Assembly: GCA_951406725.2 (NCBI GenBank)
Contig: OX597832.1
Location: forward strand, 248,001-312,000
DNA length: 64,000 nt
Source of the DNA: Octopus vulgaris
Lineage: Eukaryota
Direction: 5' to 3'
This document shows positions 23,775-36,789 of the stretch, piece after piece; the first letter of the stretch is position 1, and every line of letters starts with the position of its first letter. Under the pieces are notes generated by a model. It was given only the letters and a program-made list of their open reading frames with translations. It had not been told where the DNA came from and did no database searches. Made by a program: the position numbers and the translations under genes.

Positions 23775-26040
23775 TTTTTCCTGGGATGATTACCCTGTCA
23801 AAGGCATTCTCCATGTCAAAGCCAGGTACAGAGGTTTATCTTTGGCTAGGTATTTCTCTTGCAGCTGTCTTACCAGAAATATAGCATCACTGGTGCTTTT
23901 CCCTGGCACAAACCCAAACTGTATCTCATCTAGACTGACTCTCTCCCTAACTAGTTGGGCTATGACCCTTCATTACCTGAGCCAACAACTTGATACCTCT
24001 GTAATTATTTGTATCTGAAGCGTCACCTTAACGTTTGTAGCAATTGACTATGGTGCTGCTACACCAGTCATTGGGTATGACTCCTTGCATCATCTGGTTA
24101 ACTATATGGGTGACTAGGCTATAGCCAACACCACCAGATATTTTGAGCATCTCTGTGGTGATTCCTGATGGGCTGGGGGCTTTCCTTGTTTTCATACTTT
24201 TAATTGCTTTATCTACCAAGGTACTGTCAACTTGGATAGCTGGTCCCTCTGTTGGGTCGACATTCGGCAGACTCTCTTTCTCCCATTCATTATCTTTATT
24301 CAGCAACCTTTCATAGTGGCATCTCCAAACCTCTCTCTTTGCAGCCTTTTTTAATGCAAGTAAACCATCATCCATGCGAACACATTTTTCTCCTACAACA
24401 TCACGATTCTCTCTCACACACTGTCTTGCAACACGAAATACCTCAAGTCTTTGGTCCTCACAGCGCAGAACATTGGCAAATTTTTTCTTATCTGCTTCCC
24501 CTCTGGCTAAATAAACCTGTCTCCTAGCTTCCGTTCTGGCAGTCTGATACAGTTCCTTGCTACCACCGTTCTTCCAGTCCTTCCAAGTCTGTTTCTTTTG
24601 TCTAATAGCCTTGTCAAGAACATTGTTCCACCACCACGTTACCTTGGGTTGAGAGGGGACTTTGCACCATTCACAGATCAGGTCAGTGGCCCTCAGCAGG
24701 TTGTCCTGTAGAAACCTCCAGTTGTCTTCCACATCATGTGATGCTATATCTCCCATTTCATGAAAGGCTTCAAGTAATACGTCTCTAAATCTCTGTCCAT
24801 TTGCAGGATCTTTAAGCTTCCAGACCCCTCTCCTCCATGCTGGTCATCTCTTGGGCATCCATTTAGCCCTGAACCTGAAGTTGCTAACTACTAGTCTATG
24901 TTGTGGGGTACATTCTTCACCTGGGAAGGTTTTGGCATTTATAAGCAGCCATCTTTCCCTTTTTCTGGCAAGGATGTAGTTAATCTGACTAGTGTGTCTG
25001 CCAGAACAGTAGGTGACTAGGTGACTGGCAGGTTTCCTGAAGTTAGTATTGCAAACCATAAGATCATTTGCATCACAGAACTCCAACAGCCTGGTTCCCT
25101 CCTCATTGCAGGAACCAAAACCATAGTCTCCATGTATGCCATAGAAGCCCCCTGAATGTCCATTGAAGTCACCAGCCACAAAGAGAAGGCCCTGTCATTC
25201 GTCAGTGAGGTAGTCTGTAAGAGGGTGTCATAAAATCGGTCTTTCTGTCCATCGGGTAGCCCTGGCTGAGGGGCATAGGCCGAGATAATGGTTGCTAACC
25301 CATGATGGAGCACTAATCTAATCTTAAGTATTCTATCGCATACTCTGACTACCTCGATTACCTTATCAACCTTCTATGTTACATATCTGTAGCTCCTCCT
25401 TCTTCTTATTAAATTTCACAAGTCCCTAAATTCCTGACCATTTAGAAGATCCTTAAGTTTCCAAGTCCTTATTTTCCAAACCAGTGTGTGCTTCTTGGAA
25501 TCCTTCTAGCCTGAAGTCCAAAGTCACTAATAACTAATGTATGCTGGGGGGTACATTCTTCACTCGGGGATGTCTTTGCATTTATGAGCAACTATGTACC
25601 ATGCTTTCTGATGAGAATGTAATCAATCTGGCTAGCATGGTCACCCAATTGATAGGTGACTGGCTTCCTAGCAGACACACCTGGGGAACATAGGCAGAGA
25701 TAATTGTTGCCGTACTAATCTGAAAAACTAGCCTAAGCTTAAGTACTCTATTGTGCACTCTGACTACTTCAATGACCTTATCAACCCATTTCTCTGCCTA
25801 AAGTATGCCCACCCACCTACCTTGTCACTGTTACCTTCTCAGAAGATTTTATACCTATTTGTCTTGCCCATGAGGAACCTGACTGGAGCTCCCCTTCACC
25901 TAACTTCTTGAATCCAGCAAACATCAACACCTCCTTTCAAGCATCTCAACGCTCTTCCTTTCAATGAGCCTACATTAATGATACCAACTCTGAAATGTGG
26001 AAGGGAACATGCAAGGGTGGGTATGGCATTCACCATCTGA
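23775..26040 (-). mobile_element. Decayed RTE family A fragments (AP endonuclease to N-terminal RT), antisense in the WTAP intron
   Basis: IISAYAPQPG, AGDFNGH, GTRLLEFCDANDLMVCNTNF, QHRLVVS, TWWWN and IPNDWCSS motifs across frameshifted ORFs. A second, older APE fragment lies at ~25400-26040. Confidence 0.9.
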
Positions 26041-26797
26041 AAAGAAGGTTTCAATAAACGTTTGAAAACAGACATATCATATCAGTTGTTCTCGCATTAA
26101 TCTACCATTATTCATTCACATAAAAATTTGCTGCTTTTATTGGAAGTGAATGTAATATAAGCACTATTCATACAAATGTAAAAAGATAAGTAATTAAATA
26201 TAACAGCTAATTGGTCAATTCGTTTGTAAGTAACAAGGAAATAGGGGGTTTGTTAATTGACTAAATAAGTAACACAGTCTCCTTTTAATGCATGCAGTAA
26301 CATGAATAAGACTACTGATGGGGGAGGGGGGCTATGAGAGCCTTCTGGTACAGTGGACAGACTTCCAGTACTGGTGGTGGGGGCAGAGCCATGATAGCTT
26401 TCTTGTACAGAGGAGAAATTTCCGGTACAGAGGAGAGATTTCCTTTGTACCGGAAATCTTTCGTCTATACTGGAATTCTCTTCTCTGTACCAGAAAGCTC
26501 TCAGCTGTTATAAATGAAATAGGTTTTTAAACTTTTTGTAACTGTATTTCTATTGACATATACTGTTTTGTTACTATTTAATTTGTTAAATAATGAAGAA
26601 TTTAGTAACTTCCTCGTTATTAAGCTGGTGTCAAGAACAAATTACCATAAAATTTTGATGGAAGATTTATAATTTACTTCGTTTTTGTATCTGGTTTGCA
26701 AGGTTCATTATGTGAACTTGTGCGTTGAAGCAAATTAGGTTGTATCTGGAGAGACTCGTGTTTGATTTCCACTCATTTATTATTTATATTTTTTCTT

Positions 26798-26833
26798 CCA
26801 AAATTTTCGTTGCTTTTACAACTTTGTCAATGG
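26798..26833 (-). ncRNA. Minimal type I hammerhead-like motif, U3-A8 variant
   Basis: Minus strand: CCA-UUGACAA-A-GUUGU-AAAA-GCAAC-GAAA-AUUU-UGG. Lies in a repeat (26678-26835) related to 37928-38182. Confidence 0.55.
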
Positions 26834-27702
26834 ATGTTGATTCCATCTGTTATTGGAGCTGCATTCTGTTTTGTCTGTTTGTGTGCATGTGTGCTTATGT
26901 ATGCACTTATGTATCTGTGTGTATGCATATATGTGTGGAGTGTGTGTGTGTGTATATATGATCATGTGTTTCCATCTCCTTTTGTGTGTGTGTGTGTGTG
27001 TGTGTGCTTGTCTTACCTACAGAATTTTGTATGGTGTTATCCATATAAATCCATGAGGTGGTTATAATCAAAATAAGCAACAAGAATAACTTCGGTAATT
27101 TGGTACAATTGTTTCACGCTACATCATTTTATTAAATGTTGTAAGTATTGCAACAGTTTTAAAATGCTGAGCACTCATCAGCCATTAATAGAGGTTTTCC
27201 ATTAATACATAATTTTCATATCAATTGATAACATTATAGAGGAGGTAGATATATAGACAAAGATGTGGATTTAAATTTTAAGAACATTTAAGATAGTGGA
27301 GTTTATCAACTGACTGAAAAATATTCAGTTGTTTTGAACTGCTAGAAGGATTTGAAATGAGGTAGAGAGAAAGGGTTGTCACACTACAGATGCCTTTTAC
27401 TACTATTTGGCAAACAGATTTAGCATTAGGAAAACTAGATTAATGTCAAATGGTTACAATGACCACTCATAGAGAATGCAGAGATTTTTTAAAACTTATA
27501 TACATCAAGTTTATAATTAGCTGATAGGTATGTGTGTGTGTGTATGTATTTACCTACATAACAGCCTAACAGTGATCTAAATTTATAATTTAGATCACTT
27601 TAAAACAGTCTGTGTCATAGAACCAGTGGTGAGTGGTCTCAGGTAGGCTAACAATATTAACATTTTGTTTTAATATTTTTTTCTTTTTTTTTTTTCATGC
27701 AG

Positions 27703-28898
27703 ATTTAGACGAATTCTTGGCTGAGATTGATGAAGATGTTGAGGGTATGCAGAGCATGATATATTTATTGCAGCAACAGTTAAAAGAGTCCAAAGAACAG
27801 ATGAACCAACTAAAAGAAGAAAATAAAAAGCTCAAAGCTCTTGTTCCTGTAAATGAAACTGAATGTGAACCAGCCAGTGAACAGTCAAGCTCTCCAGCTA
27901 TTTCTAGTGTAGCTAGAACAGAACAATCTGAGACACCAGTAACTGTTGCAGACAATGTGATGTCTCAGCTAGATTCTAACAATGGTACAATTGCAGAAAG
28001 TGTTCAACCACAGGCCCAAGACATACTAACGACTGATGACTATTCCCCACCCATGTTTGTTAATAAAGACAGTAAATACATTGGTGCTACTGATAATGAT
28101 AGTAGTGTAGATAATAATGATGATGATGATAATGATGATGATGATGATGATGATGATGACGATGATGATGATGAGGGTGATAATGATGATGGTGATGATG
28201 ATGATGACGAGGAGGAGGAGGAGGATTTAGAGGAGGAGGAAGAGGAGGATAGTTGTGATAACAACACCATTACCAACACTAATATTGTGGAAAACAACAT
28301 TAGTTTAGCAGAAAATGTTGTTGAAGAAACAATAAATATGGAAATAGATTCTGTTGTTGATAATAGCATTCCTGCTGAGGAACCTTGTGAACTTGACAAC
28401 AAGTGTAAAACTGATGAAGAAGCATGTGACAGATTGACACCTCACAGTGCAGGTTCATCTCCAACTGCGGATCCCAGCTCTTCTGAGACTGACATTACTG
28501 TGTCAACTACACAAATTAGTTCATTGAATTCAGTGGTTGTGCACTCCCCAACAACTGTACTGTCATCTGAAAGGGTGCCATCTCCTTTATTAAATCATAA
28601 CTCTGGTTCCAGTCACTTCCAAACTTCCCCTCTTCCTGTTAAATTTGGCACTTATGAAGTGGATCAAAGTATGAGTCCAATTGCTAAAGATTTAACTGAA
28701 GAGACAGTTGAACAGACACCTATGGATACATCTGAGACTGTTAGTGATGAGGCTTTAACTGCTGAAAGTTCCCTCTTAAACAGCCACAATAACAAGTGGA
28801 CAGACAAAACTAGCAGTAATATTGTTTGTGAAGAGACAAGCCCAGTATCAGGCAATAATGGTACTATATCAGTGATGTCAGAAGATGAAGACAACTAA
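27703..28898 (+). CDS. WTAP: WTAP / fl(2)d terminal coding exon with long acidic low-complexity tail
   Basis: T-rich tract plus AG at 27701-27702. It joins the previous exon in phase (G|AT = Asp) to give DLDEFLAEIDEDVEGMQSMIYLLQQQLKE, like WTAP ELNDFIIQLDEEVEGMQSTILVLQQQLKE. Stop TAA at 28896-28898. The intron 14313-27702 is GT-AG. Confidence 0.95.
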
Positions 28899-29156
28899 TC
28901 AAATTGGCTTTTAAATATTCTTCATTCCATTTGTTTTTAGTCATGTTATTTTCTTCATTTTTATTGTCACTTTTTTATGTCCCCACAAAAGATCACAATT
29001 CCAACTATTTCATCTTTATCCATTTGTCTCTGTCCTCTTTGATATTTGTAAGAAACCACTTTTACATATATGTAGTGTTCCTGAAACTGCCACTAAGATT
29101 CAGTAATTGGAAATGCAGAAGCAATTCCAGAGATGTTTTTTTTTTCTTTTTGTTTG

Positions 29157-29162
29157 AATAAA
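29157..29162 (+). promoter_or_regulatory. Candidate polyadenylation signal for WTAP
   Basis: AATAAA about 260 nt after the stop codon. The background is AT-rich, so this is weak. Confidence 0.3.
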
Positions 29163-30214
29163 TTTCAGTGAATGACTTTGACCCTACTTATCCTTGTTGT
29201 CAATCATTAAATATTTTTTCTGTTAATTTCTAAATAGTTCTCTCTGATGTTAATCTCTAGATGGTATTATCTCCCCAGCATGTTAATATATGCAGGTTCT
29301 CCCTCTACCTATGATTCTTTTCAATCCTCACAATTGCCAGTGATACCTATCCAGCTTTTTTTTACATCACAGTAATGTCACATTTTGATCTTTACTTATT
29401 TATGATATCAGAAATGCTACACAGTTTCAATTGTCCAATTCATGTATCAGCTATTTTAGATGTTGCAAATTTAGTCTATCAAATCTTAAACTTGGTTTCT
29501 TAAGTTAATGTATCTCAGAAAAATGAAGATTAAAGAAGTAATATAATACATTTTATCTAAAACATAGCTTATTTAATATTGCAAAAGGAGTTATCTTAAT
29601 TTCAGTAGCTATCATTATTATTTTAGGAACACTACTTGTTCCTTACATAGGTTTTGTGTTCAGTCCCAACTCATAGCCAAATGATACCTGTGGAATTATT
29701 TTGTTGCTTGTAATATACATGTATCAGTTTCTGACTTCATTACACTGGCTTACAGGCAAAATTTTTTACAGTTAACCAAACTGTAGTTGTCCCTCAAAGT
29801 TGGCAGCAAAGGCCCTGTGTGATGTCTATTAAAAACCCAATTAAGTTTACTCAAAACTATTACAGCTTCTTTCTAATTTTTTCTGTGACAGAACAAACAT
29901 CAACAAACTATTGATATACTTTGACCTTTAATCTGTCTCCAATTTTTGTCACTTTGGAAGTATGATGTCGAATTGGTTTTCTTTTTATATTTTTTCAATT
30001 TCAAGTTCTTATTTTATACTCAGTATATACTAGAAACAATGTATATCTGAAAATGTGAAGAAATTAGATATTATTATATAGGACTTCAATGTGTTTTTTA
30101 GCAAGTGATTGCATCTCATATTACAACTAAGCGGGTCTAATGACCTCAATCTTTCAACTTGTCCACAAGAACTGAAGCTGCTTCTGCAGCTATTGGACTC
30201 CACAACTGAATCAA

Positions 30215-33200
30215 TCTTATCTCTCATCTAGGTCATCTCATAGGATGCCCCAAGACTGTTTCCACACATTTTCCCCATTCATCTCGATCTTCCGTAATGG
30301 TCCTCAGCTCCTGTACCCCTTCCATACCAGTATCTTTCCGCAAGTTGTTGATATAGGTCATCTTCCTCTTTCCTTTCTTGGTTCTTCCTTCTGTTGGTTG
30401 CCAGATCACTAGCTTGTTAGCAATTTCATCAGTGTGTCTGATGCAGTGTCCATCTAGCCTCATTCTTCTATGCTGTATCTTCAATGCTACTTTTGGTAGT
30501 CCCTGGTATAAGTCGGCATTTGTTGTATGACTCTTCCAGGAGACATTGAGTGCCATTCTAAGCACCCTTGCATAACAACCATCCAACTGCTTCTTCAATG
30601 CTTTAGTGAGTGTCCCTGTTTCAGCCCTGTGTAGAACAGACTCCACTGTTGCCAGAAACAACCTCACTTTCAATTTCCTTGCTAACTTTGAACTCCAGAC
30701 CTTTCTCAATTTATGGCATGCGCCAGGCTAGAGCTTTCCTTGCTACAATGTCTTTTTCAGTATTTTGTGTCCACACACCAAGGTATTTGAAATTTTCAAC
30801 TACCTTCAGTGACTTACCATCTCTCACTTTCACTGACACAGCCATTTCGTGGCTGAATACTTGCAACTCTGTTTTGTTTGCATTGCAGTACAATCCTACT
30901 TTCCCTGATTCCTGCTCTAATCTGCTCAGCACCTCCTGTGCCTGATCTGTCCTCTCTGTTAGTAATGCCAGGTCATCAGCATAGTTTAGGTCAGTTACTG
31001 TTACTGCTTGATGCCATCTACTTCTTTGCCTATGCAGTTTGAATCCCAGTTCTTCTTCCTTGTTCTCATACCTTCTACACATTACATAGTCCAGAACAAT
31101 GGCAAAGAGGTGTTAGTGTGTCGCCTTGTAATACTCTGGCTTTGATTTCAAAGTATTCCATCTCTCCATCAGGAGTGATCACATTCGCTCTGGTGTTCTC
31201 ATACAACTTACCTATTACTCTCAGAAGTCTTGGTGGAATATCATATGCTTTAAGTATCTTCATTATCATTCCTCTATTTACTGAATCAAAAACCTTTTTA
31301 AAGTCTACATGGATAATGATAGCCTTCCTGTTATGGCTCTTAACTCCCTCTATCATTCTTCTAAGTGCAACAATGTGAGATGTTGTTGACCGTCCTGATC
31401 TGAATCCATTTTGATTTGGTCAGAATTGTTTGTCTATCTTAGGTAGCATTCAGTTAAGTTTCATCTTGTTGACCATTTTTGCAACACTGGTTGCTCTGTA
31501 ATTCCCTCTGTAATTCCCAGTATCACTTAGGTCTGCAGTTTTGGGCAGTGGTAGCAAGTCTATCTTAGACCATTGTTCTGGCTTCACATTGTCATTTAGT
31601 AGTTTGTTTGCAAATTCAAGGATAATGTTACCTAAATCACATCTTTTTAGTACTTCTGATGGGATGTTGTTAGGACCAGTTTGTTTTCCTTCTTTCAAGT
31701 TACTTGTAGCGCTTTCTATTTCTTGTTTTGTGAAGTCTCCATCCTCAATTTGCAAACCGTCAAGTATCTTTGCTAATTCTTCATTTACTGTTTCACTGTC
31801 CACTTCCCGAGTAAGTTGTAGAAATGAGTGTTCCACTTCTTGAAGGAGTTAATCAGCCTCCAGCCTTCTCCATGCTTACTCTTTGTGCTTGCATTTTCAA
31901 CCTTAGAGAGCATTTCATCCAGTTCTTCTTGAATCTCTTGGTACATTTGTTTTAGACCCTCTTTCTTTCTTTGTAAAGTTTATTTAGTATCATTGTTGGC
32001 AGCTCTTTGATAGTTGCTGAATGCCTCTTGTACTTCCCGAGTAAGTTGTAGAAATGAGTGTTCCACTTCTTGAAGGAGTTAATCAGCCTCCAGCCTTCTC
32101 CATGCTTACTCTTTGTGCTTGCATTTTCAACCTTAGAGAGCATTTCATCCAGTTCTTCTTAAATCTCTTGGTACATTTGTTTTAGACCCTCTTTCTTTCT
32201 TTGTAAAGTTTATTTAGTATCATTGTTGGCAGCTCTTTGATAGTTGCTGAATGCCTCTTGTACTTCACTGCATGCTTTCTCTACCCTAGGATCATCAGAT
32301 AACTTTCTCCATTTCATCCTCTTCTTTATCAGTATCAGTTTTGCTGCTGCTTCCTCATTTTATTGCACAAACTTGCCATCTTGCTCTGTAACAGTGTCCC
32401 TGTTGTTGGATAATTCAGCAAATCTGTTACACACTGTAACTATATAAAGCTGTTGAAGTTCTGTATTTCGCAATGTAAACCAATCGTGGCATTTTTTCCT
32501 TGCAGGAGTGTTGCTTGTACATAGTCTAAGATGTAGTCTGGCTGTCACTAAGCGATAGTCACCCCTAAGCTGCTAAAGCTGTTATATGCATCTACATTGT
32601 GTACAGAATTTTTCCATTTCTTATTAATTAGTATATAATCAATTTGGGTCTTGCTACCATTCATGTCAGAGGTAAATACCCATTGTTTTCCTTTCTTGAA
32701 TAGAGTGTTAGTGATGCGAAGATTACATTCTGCCGCATGATTCAGGAGAAGCTGATCATTTTTGTTGGTTTCCTTATGGAATGTGTAGCGGACTGCATCC
32801 TCGCCTAAATGAGCATTAAAATCACTGCAATCTATGGTAACATGGTGTTTTGGTATTTCATCGGTGACATTTGTCAGTGTTTCGTAGAGCTCCTCTGCAT
32901 CCTTGCTTCCCATTGTGGGTGCATAATTAACAACTACCGTGGTTGGTGGTTTTCCATTGAACGTGGCTGTGACTATTCTGTCATTTACTGGTATTACTTC
33001 AGCCAATGCTTTCTCTGCCAAACCGTTGATTACTAATCCTACCCCTCCTGCTGCAGCACCATTAATACTTCTCCATGCACTTGTTGTTATCAGTGTGTAG
33101 CCTTCAAGTCATTCAATGAGAGTTGGGTCTTCTTCATGCACTATCTTGTGTTCAACTACTCCAAGGATGTTTAGTTTGCATTTGTTAAAGTTGTTAGCCA

Positions 33201-33897
33201 TCTCCAGATGTTTCTCTTTTTCCCTAACTGTTCTTACATTGACTGTTCCAATTTGCAGGTACTTTTTACTGTTCATAAGTTTGATTCCTCTGTTCTCATC
33301 ATCAGCTACTTCTCTTCCAGCTGGATTTAAAGAAGTACCTTCATCAGTCTTTATGCAACTTGCTTGAACATTTGGAACTTCTGAGTCAGGGGCGCTAACC
33401 CTGGTGCTGTTAATGTGTTGATTCATATGGGTTTCAGTTGCTATAGGAGTCACAGGGCACTGGTCCATGTGGTCCCACAGTTTCCATCTAACTAGGAATA
33501 TAAAGGGTCTCGTCCACTGTTTTGTATTCAAGATCCTCTGCATGACATCCTGCTAGTTCAAAGCCAGGAATTTGATCTGTTAGGTCCTGCTGATAGCTAA
33601 ATCCATGCCCTGCTGCCAATTCTTTGATTTATTGTCGTTAAGGCTTTGTCTGTCTCCTACCCTTCGACCTGTCTGGCCTGGTAAGACCTGCCTGAAGATT
33701 TCTCTCCCTCTAGCATAGCTTTCTGGGTCAATGGAGCACACAGGTACTTCACCACAACAAGGTACTTGAATTGGCCGTTGACTACACAGTAGTTCTTCCA
33801 CTGTTTGACAGGTCTTATTTTTCGTCCCACAGGGTGTCCAACAATCACCCTCCTCACCAAGCAAGCTTGTTGGGATTGCCAATTTAGTCAGACGACC
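30215..33897 (-). mobile_element. Full-length decayed RTE-clade LINE, family B
   Basis: 12-bp TSD CAACTGAATCAA at 30203-30214 and 33898-33909. APE motifs (IGTVNVRT, VVNYAPT, DFNAHLG, QIDYIL), RT motifs (VDFKKVFDS, VLQGDTL, LNYADDL, NFKYLG) and RRMRLDGHC; frameshifted. Confidence 0.93.
31802..32265. repeat. Near-perfect 230-bp tandem duplication inside RTE-B
   Basis: ACTTCCCGAGTAAGTTGTAGAAATGAGTG... starts at 31802 and again at 32032. Confidence 0.95.
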
Positions 33898-33910
33898 CAA
33901 CTGAATCAAA

Positions 33911-36770
33911 CATCATCGTTTAACGTCTGTTTTCCATGCTTGCATGGGTTGGACGGTTTGACTGGGGACTGGCAAGCCAGGAGGCCACACTAGATTCCAA
34001 TCTGATCTGGCTATGTTTCTACAGCTGGATGCCCTTCCTAACACCAACCACTCCGAGAGTGTAGTGGGTGCTTTTTATGTGCCACTTGGCATGAGAGCCA
34101 GTCAGGCAGCACCGGCATCGGCCACGTACGGATGGTGCTTTTTACGTGCTACCAGCACAGGAGCCAGTCAGGGCGGTGGGCCTGGCATCAAACACGTTTG
34201 GATGGTGTTTTTTACATGCCACTGGAGTGGGAGCCAGTCAGGTGGCACTGGCATTGGCCTCAACTACAATTTCCATTTGATTTTGATTTTACTTGACTCA
34301 ATAGGTCTCCTCAAGCATGGCGAGTCACCCAACGATTCAAAAGTACTTTTTAAATGGGCTGGTTATGCGACACTAGTGTAGGTTACGGCTGTGATCTCAT
34401 TTTACTTGCTGGGTCTTCTCAATCACAGCATATCTCCAGAGATCTTGGTCTTTTGTCATTGCCTCTGTGAGGCCCAATGTTCGGACGTCATGCTTCACCA
34501 CCTCATCCCATGTCTTCCTGGGTCTCCCTCTTCCATGGGTTCCTTTCACTGTTAGGGAGTGACACTTCTTCACACAGCTCTCCTCATCCATATGCAGCAC
34601 ATGACCATACCAGTGCAGTCGTCTCTCTGGTAAGCTACATCTGATGTTTCTTATGTCCAACATTTCTCTCAGGGTGCTTACACTCTGTCATGTGTGCACA
34701 CTGACATTACACATCCAGCAGATCATACTAGCTTCATTTCTTTCAAGCCTATGCATGTCTTCAGCTGTCACGGCCCATGTTTCACTGCTGTGTAGCATGG
34801 CAGTTTGCACACATGCATCATACAATCTACCTTTCACACTGAGCAAGAGGCCCTTTGTCACCATTAGAGGTAGGAACTTTCTGAACTTTGCCCAGGCTAT
34901 TCTTATTCTAGTGGCAATGCTCTCCGAGCATCCATCCCTACTACAGACTTGGTCATTTGGGTAGTGGAAGCTATCAACTACTTCTAGTTTCTCATCCTGG
35001 CATGTGATGGAATCAGTTTTCTGAGCATATTTATTGCCCCTGTGCATCTGCCGCACACAAAAGCTATCTTTCTGGTTAACCTTTTGATGTTGCTGCACCT
35101 CTTATGCGTCCATAGCTTACAGTAGATACATCTGGAGTTTCTGCCTACACCTTTTCTACAGATCAAGCAGGGCCATCTACCTGAAGGGGTTTGTGATGTG
35201 TTCGCCTTCCTATTTTCTAGGACTTTGGTTTTTGCATCATTGACTCTAAGGCCCTTTGATTCTAAACCTTGCTTCCACACCTGAAATTTCTTTTCTAGTT
35301 CTGGTAGTGATTCCTCTGTTATTGCCTAGAGGACTATGATGAATAATAGGAGACTGAGGGCTGATCCTTGGTGAACCCCTGCTTCTACCCGGAATTCTTC
35401 ACTATGCTCATTGCCGAACCTTACCTTACTAATGACATCCCTGTACAGGGCCTATACAGCTCTTATTAACCACTCGTCAATCCCAAGTTTCCGCATCGCC
35501 CACCAGATAAGGGACCAGGGGACCCTGTCAAAGGCTTTCTCCAAGTCAACAAAAGCCAAATATCGGAGTTTATCTTTGGCTATATATTTCTCCTGCAGTT
35601 GCCGTAAAAGGAATATAGCATCAGTGCTGCTTCTACCTGGCACAAAACCGAACTGCATCTCATCTAAGCATACTCTCTCCCTAATTAGTTGGACAATGAC
35701 CTTCATCACCTGATCCAGCAGATACCCCTGTAGTTATTTCTATCTAAAGCATCACCTTTACCTTTGTAGCAGTTGACTATGGTGTTGCTTTGCCAGTCAT
35801 TAGGTATGACTCTTTCGTGAACTACCTGGTGTACAATACAGGTGACTAGGCCATAACAAACACCAGATATTTTAAGCATCTCAGCAGTGACTCCTGATGA
35901 GCCAGGAGCTTTTTCTGACTTCATATCCTTAATTGCTTTGTCTACCAGGGTGCTATCTATTTGGGTAGCTGGTCCCTCTAATGAGTCAACATCTGGCAGG
36001 CTCTCCTCCTCCCATGCATTTTCCACATCCAGCGGTCTTTCATAATGGCTTCCCCAAACCTCTTTCTTTGCAGAATCATTAAAAGCAAGTGCACCATCAT
36101 CCATGCGGACACATTTCTCTTCTGTGACATCGCAATTTTCTCACACACTGTCTTGCAATCTTTGATCTTCACGTCGCTGAATATTGGCAAACTTCTTTTC
36201 TGCTTCTCCTTTGGCTATGTAAACCTGTCACCCAGCCTCCTTTCAGGCTATCTGGTACACTTCCCTGCTACCCCTACTCTTCCATGCCCGTTTCTTTGCT
36301 CTAATGGCCTTGTCTACAGTATTATTCCACCACAACGTTACTCTAGCTCTGGAAGAGACTTTGTAACAGCTGCAGATTTGGACTGTGGCACTCAGTAAAC
36401 TGTTCTGTAGGAATTTCCAGTTACCCTCTATGTCCGAAGTCTGTAGCACCTCCTTTCTTTCATCAAATTTCTCAATGAGGATGTCCCTAAATCTCTGACC
36501 ATGTGAAGGGTTCTTTAGCTTCCAAATCCTTTTTTTCTGGATAGGTCTACTTCTTGACATTATTCTGGCCTCGAGCCTAAAGTCACTAATAACTAGTTTA
36601 TGCTGGGGGGTGGATTTCTCACCAGGGAGGGTCTTTGTATTTAAGAGCAACCCTGCATCCTGCTGTCTGGTGAGGATGAAATTAATCTGGCTAGCAGATT
36701 CGCCTGATTGATACGTTATCAGGTGGCTGTCTGGCTTCCTGAAGTTAGTGTTGCAGATTAATAGGTTGCA
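33911..36770 (-). mobile_element. RTE family A, decayed copy (APE C-terminal part to 3' tail)
   Basis: Frameshifted ORFs homologous to 15139-16779, including WPCLICRKGVGRN..C..CKLWTHKRC; tail at 33911. Confidence 0.92.
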
Positions 36771-36789
36771 TGCCCAAATATGTTTTGTA

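Noticed and set aside
27633-27702. N-terminus of the 421-aa ORF (MVSGRL...FFFFHA)
   Set aside because: This is intronic polypyrimidine tract; coding starts at the acceptor at 27703.
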